Virus record (IMG/VR): IMGVR_UViG_3300032307_000516
Span: 8,050-72,049 of that record
Direction: 5' to 3' (one strand)
DNA from: a virus
Length of the DNA: 64,000 nucleotides
The notes below the pieces were generated by a model. The model was not told where the DNA came from. It worked only from the letters and a program-made list of their open reading frames with translations, and did no database searches. Below, in pieces: positions 15,031-24,856 of the stretch. Made by a program: the position numbers and the translations under genes. The stretch's first letter is position 1. Every line of letters begins with the position of its first letter.

Positions 15031-15036
15031 TAGTTT

Positions 15037-15825
15037 TTATAGGTATTGTGACCAGTCGTTAGCCATTTCAGCTTGAGAAATCTCCATATCAGTATAAGGT
15101 CTAATATTTTGTAATGGAGTTCCTTGGTAAGACATATAAGCATCTTTAGGAACTGGGATTTGATATTGAGGTTCTCCTCCATATCCTCCGTACATACTAG
15201 CAGAAGCAGTAGATGGCATAGATCCAGTTTTAGGACCAAACATCCATTCAGTAAATTTAACACCAGTTTTTAAATTTCTTGCCTCTTTTTTAAGTGCTCT
15301 AATTTTTGAAGTATCTTTAGCTAGATTAGTAAGATGAGCACCTCCGTTAGTAACGAATTTTTTTAGAGATCCTAACATTTTACCAGTATAAGGCGCTATA
15401 CCAGCGAACTTTGAAGTAAATTTAGCACTTTTAAAAAAAGCTGCTATTTTCGGGAAGAATTTTGCTACTAGATTTACCAATGGTTTTAGGATTGATCCTC
15501 CGATTGCTGCACCTTTTCCTAAAGCTTTAACAAGTAATGTACCACCAGCTCCGATGTATTGTCCGAAAATTGGAATTAATCCTATAGCACAAAGTCCTGC
15601 TAGAAGATATTCTCCCTGTTTAGCGTAAGAAACTAAGTTAATTCCCTCTGCTACCGAACCAACACCTGGAATCAAAGCTGCGAAGTCTAATACTGTATTA
15701 TACCAATGCTCTAGTAATTGTGGATCCTCCGAATTGAGATAATCTAATGATTCTTTTATCTGTTGAGGAGAAAAATGTATTTTGTTCTCTGATATAAATT
15801 GGTCTATAGACAATAAATTCTCCAT
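15037..15825 (-). CDS. protein with pre-toxin TG-like hydrophobic hairpin
   Basis: LDFAALIPGVGSVAEGIN...GEYLLAGL..IGLIPIFG. Confidence 0.6.
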   Translation of the reverse strand: MENLLSIDQFISENKIHFSPQQIKESLDYLNSEDPQLLEHWYNTVLDFAALIPGVGSVAEGINLVSYAKQGEYLLAGLCAIGLIPIFGQYIGAGGTLLVKALGKGAAIGGSILKPLVNLVAKFFPKIAAFFKSAKFTSKFAGIAPYTGKMLGSLKKFVTNGGAHLTNLAKDTSKIRALKKEARNLKTGVKFTEWMFGPKTGSMPSTASASMYGGYGGEPQYQIPVPKDAYMSYQGTPLQNIRPYTDMEISQAEMANDWSQYL

Positions 15826-15887
15826 GAATTTTTTATTTTATATATCCCTGATTCGAATCTTTTACATTTAGATACACTATAAATATC

Positions 15888-16244
15888 ATGTTATACAGAT
15901 CAAATAAGATTTACGTCGACGATTCCTCAATACACGGGAGAGGAGTTTTTTGTTCCGATACAATAAAGCAAGGAGAAATTCTAGAGGAGTGCCACTTTTT
16001 CTTGGTTCCTCCTGGATTAGAATATCCAGCTATTTTACATGATCATTTTTTTAGCTGGCCAAAAAGGGGAGAGGGATTATGTATATGCCTTGGTTTTGGA
16101 AGCATATTTAATCATTCAGATTCGGGATTTAATGCAGACTGGGAAACAGACACACAGAAAAATAAAATAATATTTTTTGCTACACGAGAAATAAATCCAG
16201 GGGAAGAAATATTTACAAATTATCAAAAGCCTGGAAATATCTAA
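15888..16244 (+). CDS. SET-domain methyltransferase
   Basis: HGRGVF, IFNHS, ATREINPGEEIFTNY. Confidence 0.9.
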   Translation: MLYRSNKIYVDDSSIHGRGVFCSDTIKQGEILEECHFFLVPPGLEYPAILHDHFFSWPKRGEGLCICLGFGSIFNHSDSGFNADWETDTQKNKIIFFATREINPGEEIFTNYQKPGNI

Positions 16245-16302
16245 GGAAACATTTTTTTATAAACAAAATAATAGTTACATTTACACTAATAAAATAATCG
16301 AT

Positions 16303-16572
16303 ATGGACATGGATAACATAAAAAAACTCCAAGATTTAGAAGATCAAATCGATGAACTCTATGATGAACAATCGAGAAAACTCTATAATTATATAGAGAC
16401 GATGGGTGAAAAAGCTTTCGAAGAAGGAAGCCCTTTATATAAATTTAGAGACTCAGATCTTTTTGAGAGATTGATTAATCATTTTGAACAATTGGAGGAA
16501 TACGAGAAGTGTGCATTTTTAGTAAAGGCATCTTGGAATATTAAAAGATCTATAATAGAGAGCCTTCTCTAA
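16303..16572 (+). CDS. hypothetical protein (UVR-like EEYEKCA motif)
   Basis: 89-aa ORF. Confidence 0.65.
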   Translation: MDMDNIKKLQDLEDQIDELYDEQSRKLYNYIETMGEKAFEEGSPLYKFRDSDLFERLINHFEQLEEYEKCAFLVKASWNIKRSIIESLL

Positions 16573-16614
16573 AAACTTGGAAACTTATTTGCTACTTTCT
16601 ACTATAAATATAGT

Positions 16615-16893
16615 ATGGAAAGGGGCAAAAAATATATCAAAAGATCTGCTGATGGTAGATATTTTGTTTACATAGAAAAACCTGAATACATTATTGATAA
16701 GGAGAAGAAAACAAAGCTATGGCTTTCTTCTCCTTTTTTGTTTTCTGAGGCATTCGACGATAATCCAATCGAAGCAGAAAAAACCCTAAATGCTCTTATT
16801 GAATGGAACGAGGAATCTCAGGACTTTGAGTCTTGTTCTAAACTTCTTAATCTTAAGAGAAGTTTTCAAAATAATTCAAAACCGTTGAATTAA
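16615..16893 (+). CDS. hypothetical protein
   Basis: 92-aa ORF with similar C-terminal DFESCSKL motif. Confidence 0.65.
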   Translation: MERGKKYIKRSADGRYFVYIEKPEYIIDKEKKTKLWLSSPFLFSEAFDDNPIEAEKTLNALIEWNEESQDFESCSKLLNLKRSFQNNSKPLN

Positions 16894-16928
16894 AACGGTT
16901 TAATGAGGGTATAATAAAGAAAATACTT

Positions 16929-17234
16929 ATGGAAGAAATTTTTGAAAGTGAAAATTTGCTCTGTGGAAGAATGATTTCTTATTCAAAATCTTCTTACCGA
17001 AACCAGTTCCCCGAAAATGAGGTTTACTTCAATGCAAACATCTTTGTTTTAGGAGAGGGTAAAGTTTGGTATGGTGATATTGATGTTACTAAGGATAAGG
17101 AAAAATTGGAAAATATAGCAAGTGAAATTGGGAAAGACTTATACATCCTTAGAGAAATGGATGGAAGATTTGGAAATGAAGAATTAAAAGACTCTGAAAT
17201 TATTACTAGAGCAATGTGTAAAATAACTAAATAA
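16929..17234 (+). CDS. hypothetical protein
   Basis: 101-aa ORF with upstream promoter motif. Confidence 0.7.
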   Translation: MEEIFESENLLCGRMISYSKSSYRNQFPENEVYFNANIFVLGEGKVWYGDIDVTKDKEKLENIASEIGKDLYILREMDGRFGNEELKDSEIITRAMCKITK

Positions 17235-17244
17235 GAAAAATAAG

Positions 17245-18417
17245 ATGGCAAAAAAAGAATTTTCGTTTACAGAATTAGACAAAGCCCTTTCGAAGATCGA
17301 TGGATTTGAAATGGGGTCAATTTTAGAAAATAATGATTTCTCCGAAGTCGGAGATTGGATTCCTACAGGTAACTATTTATTAAATGCTCAATTATCTGGT
17401 ACTTTGTTCGGGGGTATTGCAAATAATAGATCAATGGGTATTGCAGGAGATCCACAGACTGGTAAATCATTCTTATGTATGAATATCGTAAGAGAAGCAC
17501 AGAAAAAAGGATACAACGTAATTTATTGTGATACCGAAGGTGCTATTGATAAGTCAGGAGCAAAAAAATTCGGTATCGATACTAATACAGTACGTTACCA
17601 ACCTATCAAGACTATCTCAGATTTTAAAGTATTTGTTGCTAACTTGGTAGACAAGGTTAAAGCATACAGAAAAGACGGAGCAGATCCTAAAATTGCTATC
17701 ATTCTAGATTCACTTGGTATGTTATCAACAGATAAAGAAACTGGTGATGCTTTAAAAGGAAAAAGCGTAATGGATATGGGTATTAGATCTAAGGAATTAA
17801 GATCATTATTCAGAGTTATTACATTAGATCTTACAGCTGTTAAGATTCCATTGATTTGTACAAACCACACGACTACAGGTAACATTGGAGGATTTATGCC
17901 AACGAAAGAAGCTGCTGGTGGTGACGGACCTATCTTCTCAATGAGTAATGTTATTATGCTTTCTAAAGCTCAGTTAAAAGAAGGAAGCGATAACACAAGA
18001 ACTGGTATCGTTGTTACATCTACTCCAAAGAAAGCAAGATTTACTAGACCTTATCCTGTTAAATTCCACATTTCATTTATGAATGGTATGAATGCTTACG
18101 TTGGATTACAAGATTTTGTTTCTTGGGACATTTGCGGTATTGAGAGAGGAAAACTTGAAGTTGATAAGAAGACCGGAGAAATGGAATTTACACCTAATGC
18201 TTCATCAACACGTTGGGCAATTAAACACTTAGGAAAAACAGTTACCTCCTCACAATTATTCTCCTCTGAAATATTTACTGATGAGGTTTTACATATGATT
18301 GACGAGAAAGCTATTAAGCCACATTTCTTATTACCAGATCTTTTCGATGATAACGAATTAGCAATATTAGCTAATCCAGAGAGTGAAGAAGAAATAGAAG
18401 AGAATGGAGAAGAGTAA
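17245..18417 (+). CDS. uvsX: RecA/UvsX recombinase
   Basis: IPTG, Walker A GDPQTGKS, DTE, IILDS, T4-like context. Confidence 0.9.
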   Translation: MAKKEFSFTELDKALSKIDGFEMGSILENNDFSEVGDWIPTGNYLLNAQLSGTLFGGIANNRSMGIAGDPQTGKSFLCMNIVREAQKKGYNVIYCDTEGAIDKSGAKKFGIDTNTVRYQPIKTISDFKVFVANLVDKVKAYRKDGADPKIAIILDSLGMLSTDKETGDALKGKSVMDMGIRSKELRSLFRVITLDLTAVKIPLICTNHTTTGNIGGFMPTKEAAGGDGPIFSMSNVIMLSKAQLKEGSDNTRTGIVVTSTPKKARFTRPYPVKFHISFMNGMNAYVGLQDFVSWDICGIERGKLEVDKKTGEMEFTPNASSTRWAIKHLGKTVTSSQLFSSEIFTDEVLHMIDEKAIKPHFLLPDLFDDNELAILANPESEEEIEENGEE

Positions 18418-18697
18418 ACTTAAAATGAAATATCTTCTGGGTATATGGAAGGATCTTCCAGAATACCCAACAAAGGAAGATGTTATCTATGAGCTTAATT
18501 CATATCTAATTAAAGATGGAAGACCTGATGGGGAATTTTCAGATCAGACTTTCAATTCGTTTTTACCTGAGAATTGGGAAAATGAAAAATTTGGGGATAT
18601 GGTAAAAGAATTAATAGAGACAGAGATTTTTGAGAAGACTGAAAAAACATTAGGAAATAAAAATTGGTACAAAATAAAGGATAACCCACACTATTAA
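18404..18697 (+). CDS. hypothetical protein
   Basis: 97-aa ORF coupled to uvsX. Confidence 0.7.
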   Translation: MEKSKLKMKYLLGIWKDLPEYPTKEDVIYELNSYLIKDGRPDGEFSDQTFNSFLPENWENEKFGDMVKELIETEIFEKTEKTLGNKNWYKIKDNPHY

Positions 18698-18700
18698 AAA

Positions 18701-20002
18701 ATGCAGAATCAACACTTAGAAAATATTTGGTTTAAAGCGGTAATTGATAATCCAGCTTATATTGAAGCAACTGAATCTAGCTACTTTAAGAATCCAGATT
18801 ATCAAGAGGCTTTTAAAGTTGTAAAATCATTCTGGAAAAAATATCAGCAAATTCCTAGCAAAAATCAAGTTAGGGAATCTGCTAAGCTTTTAAAGATTGA
18901 AGACAAACTTACTGATTCCCTATTGGAGTCTATGTGGTCTATATCATTAAGTGATTATGATCTAGATTGGTTACAACAAAACACTGAATCTTGGATAGAG
19001 TGGAAGACTCTCGAGAAAAGTGCGGTTGACTCTATTAATTACATTAAAAGTACCGATGTAACTCCTGACAACATTAAAGATGTAATTAACACTTACAAAT
19101 CCATCGTTGTTGACAGAAACAAGGTGGATTTCTCATTTGATATGGGATTAAACTTTAATGATCCGGAAGCTCATAAACAATATGCTAACAGTACATTCTC
19201 CAGTGGATATGAATATATCGATTTCTGTCTGGGAGGAGGATTTTCTGCTAAATCCCTGTATGTTCTATTAGGACAGCCAAAAGTTGGTAAAACATTATGG
19301 TTAGGTAATATTGCAACACAAGCAGTAAGGGCTTCTAATAATGTTGCTATCATTACTCTAGAGCTTGGTGACAGAAAATACATGAAAAGATTAGGGTCTA
19401 ATCTTTTAGGTATTAAAATGTCAGAATATAAGAACACAGCTGACAATGACGAGTTACTAAAGAAGAAAATTAGAAATATCGGATTTGACAATTTAGCAAC
19501 TCCTGGTCAGTTGGTAGTAAAAGAATTCCCAACATCACAGGCATCTGCAATTGACGTGGAAAACTGGCTTAGTAAAACTGAGCAGATAATGGGAATAAAA
19601 TTTAAGATCGTTATTATAGACTACATTAATATTATGAAGAACTGGAGAAATCCCAATTCAGAGAATACTTACATGAAGATCAAACAGATTGCAGAAGATC
19701 TTAGAGCTGCTGCACAAAGAAATGATTGGGCTATAGTAACTGCAACACAAACAAAACAAAGCGAATTTGATGCTACAGATTTAAGTATGAATTCAGCATC
19801 AGAATCATCTGGGCTAGTAGCTACTGTTGATGGTATGTTTGGTATTATCCAAGATCCGTTAATGTATACCGCAGGTGAATATAAATTAAAGCTACTAGCA
19901 AACAGGGACGAAGGTTATAAAAACTCATACAAGAAATTCTTGGTTGATTACAATTTTATGAGAATCTCAGAAGATCCCAATTCTCAAATAATGAATGATT
20001 GA
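18701..20002 (+). CDS. DnaB-like replicative helicase (T4 gp41-like)
   Basis: GQPKVGKT, ITLE, KEFPT, IIDY, TATQ. Confidence 0.92.
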   Translation: MQNQHLENIWFKAVIDNPAYIEATESSYFKNPDYQEAFKVVKSFWKKYQQIPSKNQVRESAKLLKIEDKLTDSLLESMWSISLSDYDLDWLQQNTESWIEWKTLEKSAVDSINYIKSTDVTPDNIKDVINTYKSIVVDRNKVDFSFDMGLNFNDPEAHKQYANSTFSSGYEYIDFCLGGGFSAKSLYVLLGQPKVGKTLWLGNIATQAVRASNNVAIITLELGDRKYMKRLGSNLLGIKMSEYKNTADNDELLKKKIRNIGFDNLATPGQLVVKEFPTSQASAIDVENWLSKTEQIMGIKFKIVIIDYINIMKNWRNPNSENTYMKIKQIAEDLRAAAQRNDWAIVTATQTKQSEFDATDLSMNSASESSGLVATVDGMFGIIQDPLMYTAGEYKLKLLANRDEGYKNSYKKFLVDYNFMRISEDPNSQIMND

Positions 20003-20475
20003 TGAAAAAACAAAAAAAACTGATTGAAGATGATGCGAACGATCTTGACTTAAATCCAGAGATTGAGGATATAGAATCCAAAAACGTAGAATTAGAAGAA
20101 TTCGAGGTTAACCCTAATCTAGACTATAGAAGTTTACAATCTACAGTCACTTACGAAGATGAGGAATATTTACATTCAGTTAAGCTGAATGATAAGATAG
20201 ATGAGATCTTTTTAAAATCAAGATGGACAGTTATTAGTCCGAGTAAAAAGATTCCTAAAGATCTTATTCCTTTAATATTCCAGGACATCCTTAAGGAATT
20301 AGAAGAAACTGAATTCACAATGGTAGAGAAATTTGTTGCAATATGTGACTATACAGCTATTAATTACCAGAAAGCTTATGAATCTATCCATATGAAATAT
20401 AAAGAGCTTATAGTTCAAGAAATGGACCAAAAATATGGGATTCTAGGCAAGAAAGGTATTAAAAAAATATTTTAA
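20002..20475 (+). CDS. hypothetical protein (C-terminus weakly like T4 gp33)
   Basis: ORF in replication operon; VEKFVAICDY...YKELI helix pattern. Confidence 0.55.
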   Translation: MKKQKKLIEDDANDLDLNPEIEDIESKNVELEEFEVNPNLDYRSLQSTVTYEDEEYLHSVKLNDKIDEIFLKSRWTVISPSKKIPKDLIPLIFQDILKELEETEFTMVEKFVAICDYTAINYQKAYESIHMKYKELIVQEMDQKYGILGKKGIKKIF

Positions 20476-21584
20476 TGTTAGATTTTCCAAAAATAAAGAG
20501 AGTAATTTTTATTACTGATACTCACTTAGGTGTAAGAAACAACTCTAACGACTGGATAGAGATACATGAGGATTATTTTAAAAATTGGTTCATTCCATTA
20601 TGTAAGAAGATTTATAGACCGGGAGACTGTTTAGTTCATCTCGGGGATGTTTATGATAGTAGGCAATCATTAAATCTTAGGGTACTTAATCTTGGAATAG
20701 ATATTTTCGAAGAATTATCTGGTATCTTTAAAGACGGTATTTTTATAATATGCGGAAACCATGACATTTATGGTAAAAATACCAACGAGGTTAACTCATT
20801 AAAATCTCTAAAATGGATCCCAAGAATTAAAATATTCGAAGAACCTGAAACGATCCAGATGGGTCCAAAGAAAGTTTTCTTGATGCCATGGAGAAAAGAT
20901 CACGAAGCAGAAAGAGAAACACTATCACAAGCAGAAAAACATGATTATATGTTCTGTCACACTGACGTAAAGGGACTTATGTTTAATAAGTTTGTTAGAA
21001 TTGAAGCAGGACTTGAATATTCTGATATGGATAAATTTGAAAGAGTTTATTCTGGACATATACATTACTCACAAACATTTGGAAAAATGAGAATGCTCGG
21101 ATCCCCGTATCAATTAACAAGATCTGATACAGATAATGCTAAAGGTATTACAGTTTTAGATCTAGAAACAGGATTTGAAGAATACTACGAAAATAAATAT
21201 TCTCCAAGATTTGTGAGAATGGCATTTGAACAAGTATTGAATTCTACGCCATTAGAGTTAAATCCTATTTTTAAAAACAATTTTATAGACATATTAGTAG
21301 ATCCTGAGGTTGCAGTTAAAGCACCACTGGGATTATTAACCGAATATGTTAATCCTCCACTCAAGATATCCTTTACTCCTATTACTAATAACGAACAGGA
21401 AGTAGTAGATGAAGGATTTCACGATTTGGAAGGTAAGAGCTTTTCCATATTAGACTTGACACAATTGTATCTAGATAAATGCAATTATGAGGATGATAAG
21501 AAAACTAAGATTTATAAAGCGATAGAAAAACTTTTACATAAGGTTTCAGTCAAAGTAGAAGAAGATGAAGATACAGAAGATTGA
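20475..21584 (+). CDS. Mre11/SbcD-like nuclease (T4 gp47-like)
   Basis: DTHLG, GDVYD, GNHD, SGHIH. Confidence 0.92.
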   Translation: MLDFPKIKRVIFITDTHLGVRNNSNDWIEIHEDYFKNWFIPLCKKIYRPGDCLVHLGDVYDSRQSLNLRVLNLGIDIFEELSGIFKDGIFIICGNHDIYGKNTNEVNSLKSLKWIPRIKIFEEPETIQMGPKKVFLMPWRKDHEAERETLSQAEKHDYMFCHTDVKGLMFNKFVRIEAGLEYSDMDKFERVYSGHIHYSQTFGKMRMLGSPYQLTRSDTDNAKGITVLDLETGFEEYYENKYSPRFVRMAFEQVLNSTPLELNPIFKNNFIDILVDPEVAVKAPLGLLTEYVNPPLKISFTPITNNEQEVVDEGFHDLEGKSFSILDLTQLYLDKCNYEDDKKTKIYKAIEKLLHKVSVKVEEDEDTED

Positions 21585-23232
21585 GTGGAGAAACGTTGCC
21601 TCTTACGGTAATAAGATACAAATTTTAGAGTTACCTGAAAAATCTGGCCTTATACAGGTTGTAGGTGAAAACGGAGTTGGTAAATCAACTATTTCGGATG
21701 TTATTACATTCGGCCTATACGGTAAATTGGAAGGAAAGAAACTAAAGGATATTCCTAATAGATCTAACAAATCTGCGTGGATGAAGATCACGTTCGAACA
21801 GGACGGGAGAATCTACGAGGTCGAGAGAGGATTAGATCCATCACTTTTTCAGTTATCTATAGATGGAAATATCTACGACCAGGCAGGTAAGGATAACGTA
21901 CAGGAATTTCTAACTAATGACATATTAAAGATTCCTTACTACGTTTTTAATAATACGATATCGTTATCGATTAATGATTTCAAAAGCTTCCTCAAAATGA
22001 GCACAGCTGATAAGAAATTAATCATTGATAAGATATTTGGATTTTATATCCTAAATGAAATGAGAGATATTCTTAAGGAAGAAACAAAGAATATTAAATC
22101 ATCAATAGACAGATTGTCAGGGGAGATATTTGCAACAGGAAGATCCATAGCAGCTTCTCAAAAGGAACTAGATGAATTACAACAGAAAATAGTAGAAAAT
22201 GCTGGATCTGAAATAGAAAGTGCAGAGGAAAATCTAGAAAATTATAAAGAGTTACTTAAGCTACATTCGGATAAGCTTAAGGATTTTAGATCTAAAGAAA
22301 ACGAAGCACAGAGAAACGTAACAAAATCATATGAGATTTTAAGTGATCTTTCTTCCAAAATAAAAGAGCTAGATTCTAAAATGAATCTATACAACAACGA
22401 AAAATGTCCAACTTGTGAATCTGATCTGTCTACGGATTTTCACAAAAATGTATTTGACGATCTATCAAAAGCAAGGGAAAAATATACGGACGATCTTAAA
22501 GAACTAAAAAATAATTACGAGGATGCTAAAAAAGTTCAATCAGATTTAGCAACTATTAAGAATGATCTGTTCACAAAAGGTGGTAAGATTGAGAGTGCAA
22601 TAAGAACTTTACATGATAAACTAAAAACTCTTAAGACTGCTAAGAACAATGACCAATTAAATTCCATACGTAAATTGTTAAATTCTGCTAATGATGATCT
22701 ATCGGATTTCAACCAGGAAAAAACAGTATGGGAAGAAAGACAAATATGGGTTAAGACACTGGACGAAGTATTAAGCGAGAAGGGCGTTAAACAGCTCGCT
22801 ATTAAGTCTATTCTTCCTTCCCTTAATAATGAGATACTCAATACACTTTTGTCTCTACATTTGCCTTATAAAGTAGTATTTAATGAAGAATTTAATGCAC
22901 AGATATTTCATATGGGCGAGGAGATATCTTCACAGACTTTATCTACTGGAGAAATGAAAAAAGTTGACTTTGCAGTACTTGTAGCAATAATTAAGTTGAT
23001 GAAGATTCGATTCTCTTCGGTTAACATCCTATTTCTAGATGAGATCTTTAGTTCTGTAGATCCCGACGGGGTTCACAGTATATTGAATACATTAAGAAAA
23101 TTGTCGGACGATTTAAGTATGAACATCTTTGTAATTAATCATGCCCCGATGCCGACAGAGATATTCGATTATAAAATAGAAATCTCAAAGAGAAATAATT
23201 TCTCTGATATTGCTTTTGAAAAGCTATCTTAA
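21565..23232 (+). CDS. Rad50/SbcC-like ATPase (T4 gp46-like)
   Basis: GENGVGKS, CPTC hook, LSTGE, LFLDE. Confidence 0.93.
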   Translation: MKIQKIEWRNVASYGNKIQILELPEKSGLIQVVGENGVGKSTISDVITFGLYGKLEGKKLKDIPNRSNKSAWMKITFEQDGRIYEVERGLDPSLFQLSIDGNIYDQAGKDNVQEFLTNDILKIPYYVFNNTISLSINDFKSFLKMSTADKKLIIDKIFGFYILNEMRDILKEETKNIKSSIDRLSGEIFATGRSIAASQKELDELQQKIVENAGSEIESAEENLENYKELLKLHSDKLKDFRSKENEAQRNVTKSYEILSDLSSKIKELDSKMNLYNNEKCPTCESDLSTDFHKNVFDDLSKAREKYTDDLKELKNNYEDAKKVQSDLATIKNDLFTKGGKIESAIRTLHDKLKTLKTAKNNDQLNSIRKLLNSANDDLSDFNQEKTVWEERQIWVKTLDEVLSEKGVKQLAIKSILPSLNNEILNTLLSLHLPYKVVFNEEFNAQIFHMGEEISSQTLSTGEMKKVDFAVLVAIIKLMKIRFSSVNILFLDEIFSSVDPDGVHSILNTLRKLSDDLSMNIFVINHAPMPTEIFDYKIEISKRNNFSDIAFEKLS

Positions 23233-23254
23233 ATCCCCTTCGGATATATAAAAC

Positions 23255-23674
23255 ATGGCAGAAGTATATCCAGCAGGTACCACAACAATTAGAAATCTTA
23301 CACCAAGATATTATTACTTCTTGGTAGTAAAACCTGATTCTTTAGTAGACGATATTCCACAGAAAGAATATTTTGTTTACCGATACAAGGTTTCAGTTTC
23401 TTCAAGTGATGGTATAGCATCGCTAAAAAATTATTTCACAGGAGAGGATCTAATAGAATGCAGATCTTTATCCGATGTTGAATATGCAACTGGTATTTTT
23501 CAGCATCCTGATTATACAAACAGCAATATGTCTCCTTTAACATTTAAGCTTAGGGATATTCCTATCTATTTACAATCAACCATAGGTACAATAGATCTTA
23601 ATAAGGATCCTTACCAATACGGAAGTAAACCTATTATTACCGATAGTACTTCCGTAATATTAGACAATAATTAA
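23255..23674 (+). CDS. hypothetical late protein
   Basis: 139-aa ORF after GATATATA. Confidence 0.7.
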   Translation: MAEVYPAGTTTIRNLTPRYYYFLVVKPDSLVDDIPQKEYFVYRYKVSVSSSDGIASLKNYFTGEDLIECRSLSDVEYATGIFQHPDYTNSNMSPLTFKLRDIPIYLQSTIGTIDLNKDPYQYGSKPIITDSTSVILDNN

Positions 23675-23675
23675 T

Positions 23676-24512
23676 ATGAATTTTTTAGAAAAATTTAATA
23701 CCGACGACGTATTCTTTAGAGGTGTTATACTAGGATTACTTAGTAAGCTGAACGAGACAATAACTTACACACAGGTTAATTCAGATCAATCCAAGAGCAC
23801 TATATACATTCCATTTTTCTACTCTATGGTAGGAGATGAGCCTTTCTTACAGGATTTCTATCTTTCATACGAAGATTGTGACGGTAATCCTGCTTTTGCT
23901 GAAGGTAACTATGACGTTGTTCCTAGAGGAATATTGGAAATGGGAGCAATAAGAATAGACACAGGAGGAGCAACTACTAAATATGTAAGAGCTTCTTATG
24001 TAAAAGAGGTAGAAAAAGAAACCGGAAGTGAAATGGTTACCTACTCATCTTACTTAAATCCTATACCTTTAGGGATACAAGTAACAGCAAAGATAAAAGC
24101 AGATACCACACTAGATGCTTTTAAAATTCAACAGAGTGTATTAGAAATACTTTATAAGAGGTTCCAATATTTCTTTTATTATAAAGGATTTAGAGTTCCC
24201 GTTCAAGTTAGTTTACAAGATTCACCCCCAGATAAGCAGCCTAACAATTTCCAGATGTCTTATGGGTCACAAAGAGGTGAAGCAATAACACTTAGTTTTT
24301 CTATGGATTTAGAGACATATTTGCCTCAATTGGATCTTTCAACTGAAAGATTTAGAGGAAATCTAATGCAAGGAGGAATAAAATTAAATGTAGAATTAGG
24401 TACTGCACCTACAGATAACAGTACGATCATAAGTGGATTAGGAATCTATGATATCAATAAGGATATTACAGGAGTGACTGGGGCAACCGGTCAAGCTCCT
24501 TATAATCCTTAA
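23676..24512 (+). CDS. tail completion / sheath stabilizer (gp15-like)
   Basis: VPR motif, size and structural-gene context. Confidence 0.55.
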   Translation: MNFLEKFNTDDVFFRGVILGLLSKLNETITYTQVNSDQSKSTIYIPFFYSMVGDEPFLQDFYLSYEDCDGNPAFAEGNYDVVPRGILEMGAIRIDTGGATTKYVRASYVKEVEKETGSEMVTYSSYLNPIPLGIQVTAKIKADTTLDAFKIQQSVLEILYKRFQYFFYYKGFRVPVQVSLQDSPPDKQPNNFQMSYGSQRGEAITLSFSMDLETYLPQLDLSTERFRGNLMQGGIKLNVELGTAPTDNSTIISGLGIYDINKDITGVTGATGQAPYNP

Positions 24513-24817
24513 GAATTTAACATCTGATCCTTATTAGAATCTTCTTTTTTTTCTGGCTCCATTTCTCCAATACCAGAATCCTTAGATTTTCTGTATCCTA
24601 AAAGTGCTGCCCCTATAGAGATAAAGATAATAGATTGAGTTAAAATATCTACACTCTTATCTAAGAACATTTTATCTATACATCCAAGAAAGAAACAAAT
24701 ACCCCCAATAAATACAATATAAAGTCCAGCTGTACCACTTCCTGAAGTTTTACCGTCGGAGTTTGAAGTAAGTTGACCGAAGCTAAACTTCTCCATTGCT
24801 GCTCTTAATTTTTTCAT
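24509..24817 (-). CDS. small two-TM membrane protein (holin-like)
   Basis: Two hydrophobic segments, charged C-terminus. Confidence 0.55.
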   Translation of the reverse strand: MKKLRAAMEKFSFGQLTSNSDGKTSGSGTAGLYIVFIGGICFFLGCIDKMFLDKSVDILTQSIIFISIGAALLGYRKSKDSGIGEMEPEKKEDSNKDQMLNS

Positions 24818-24856
24818 AACATTTTTACTGATATATATTACAAACAGAAAGCCAAA

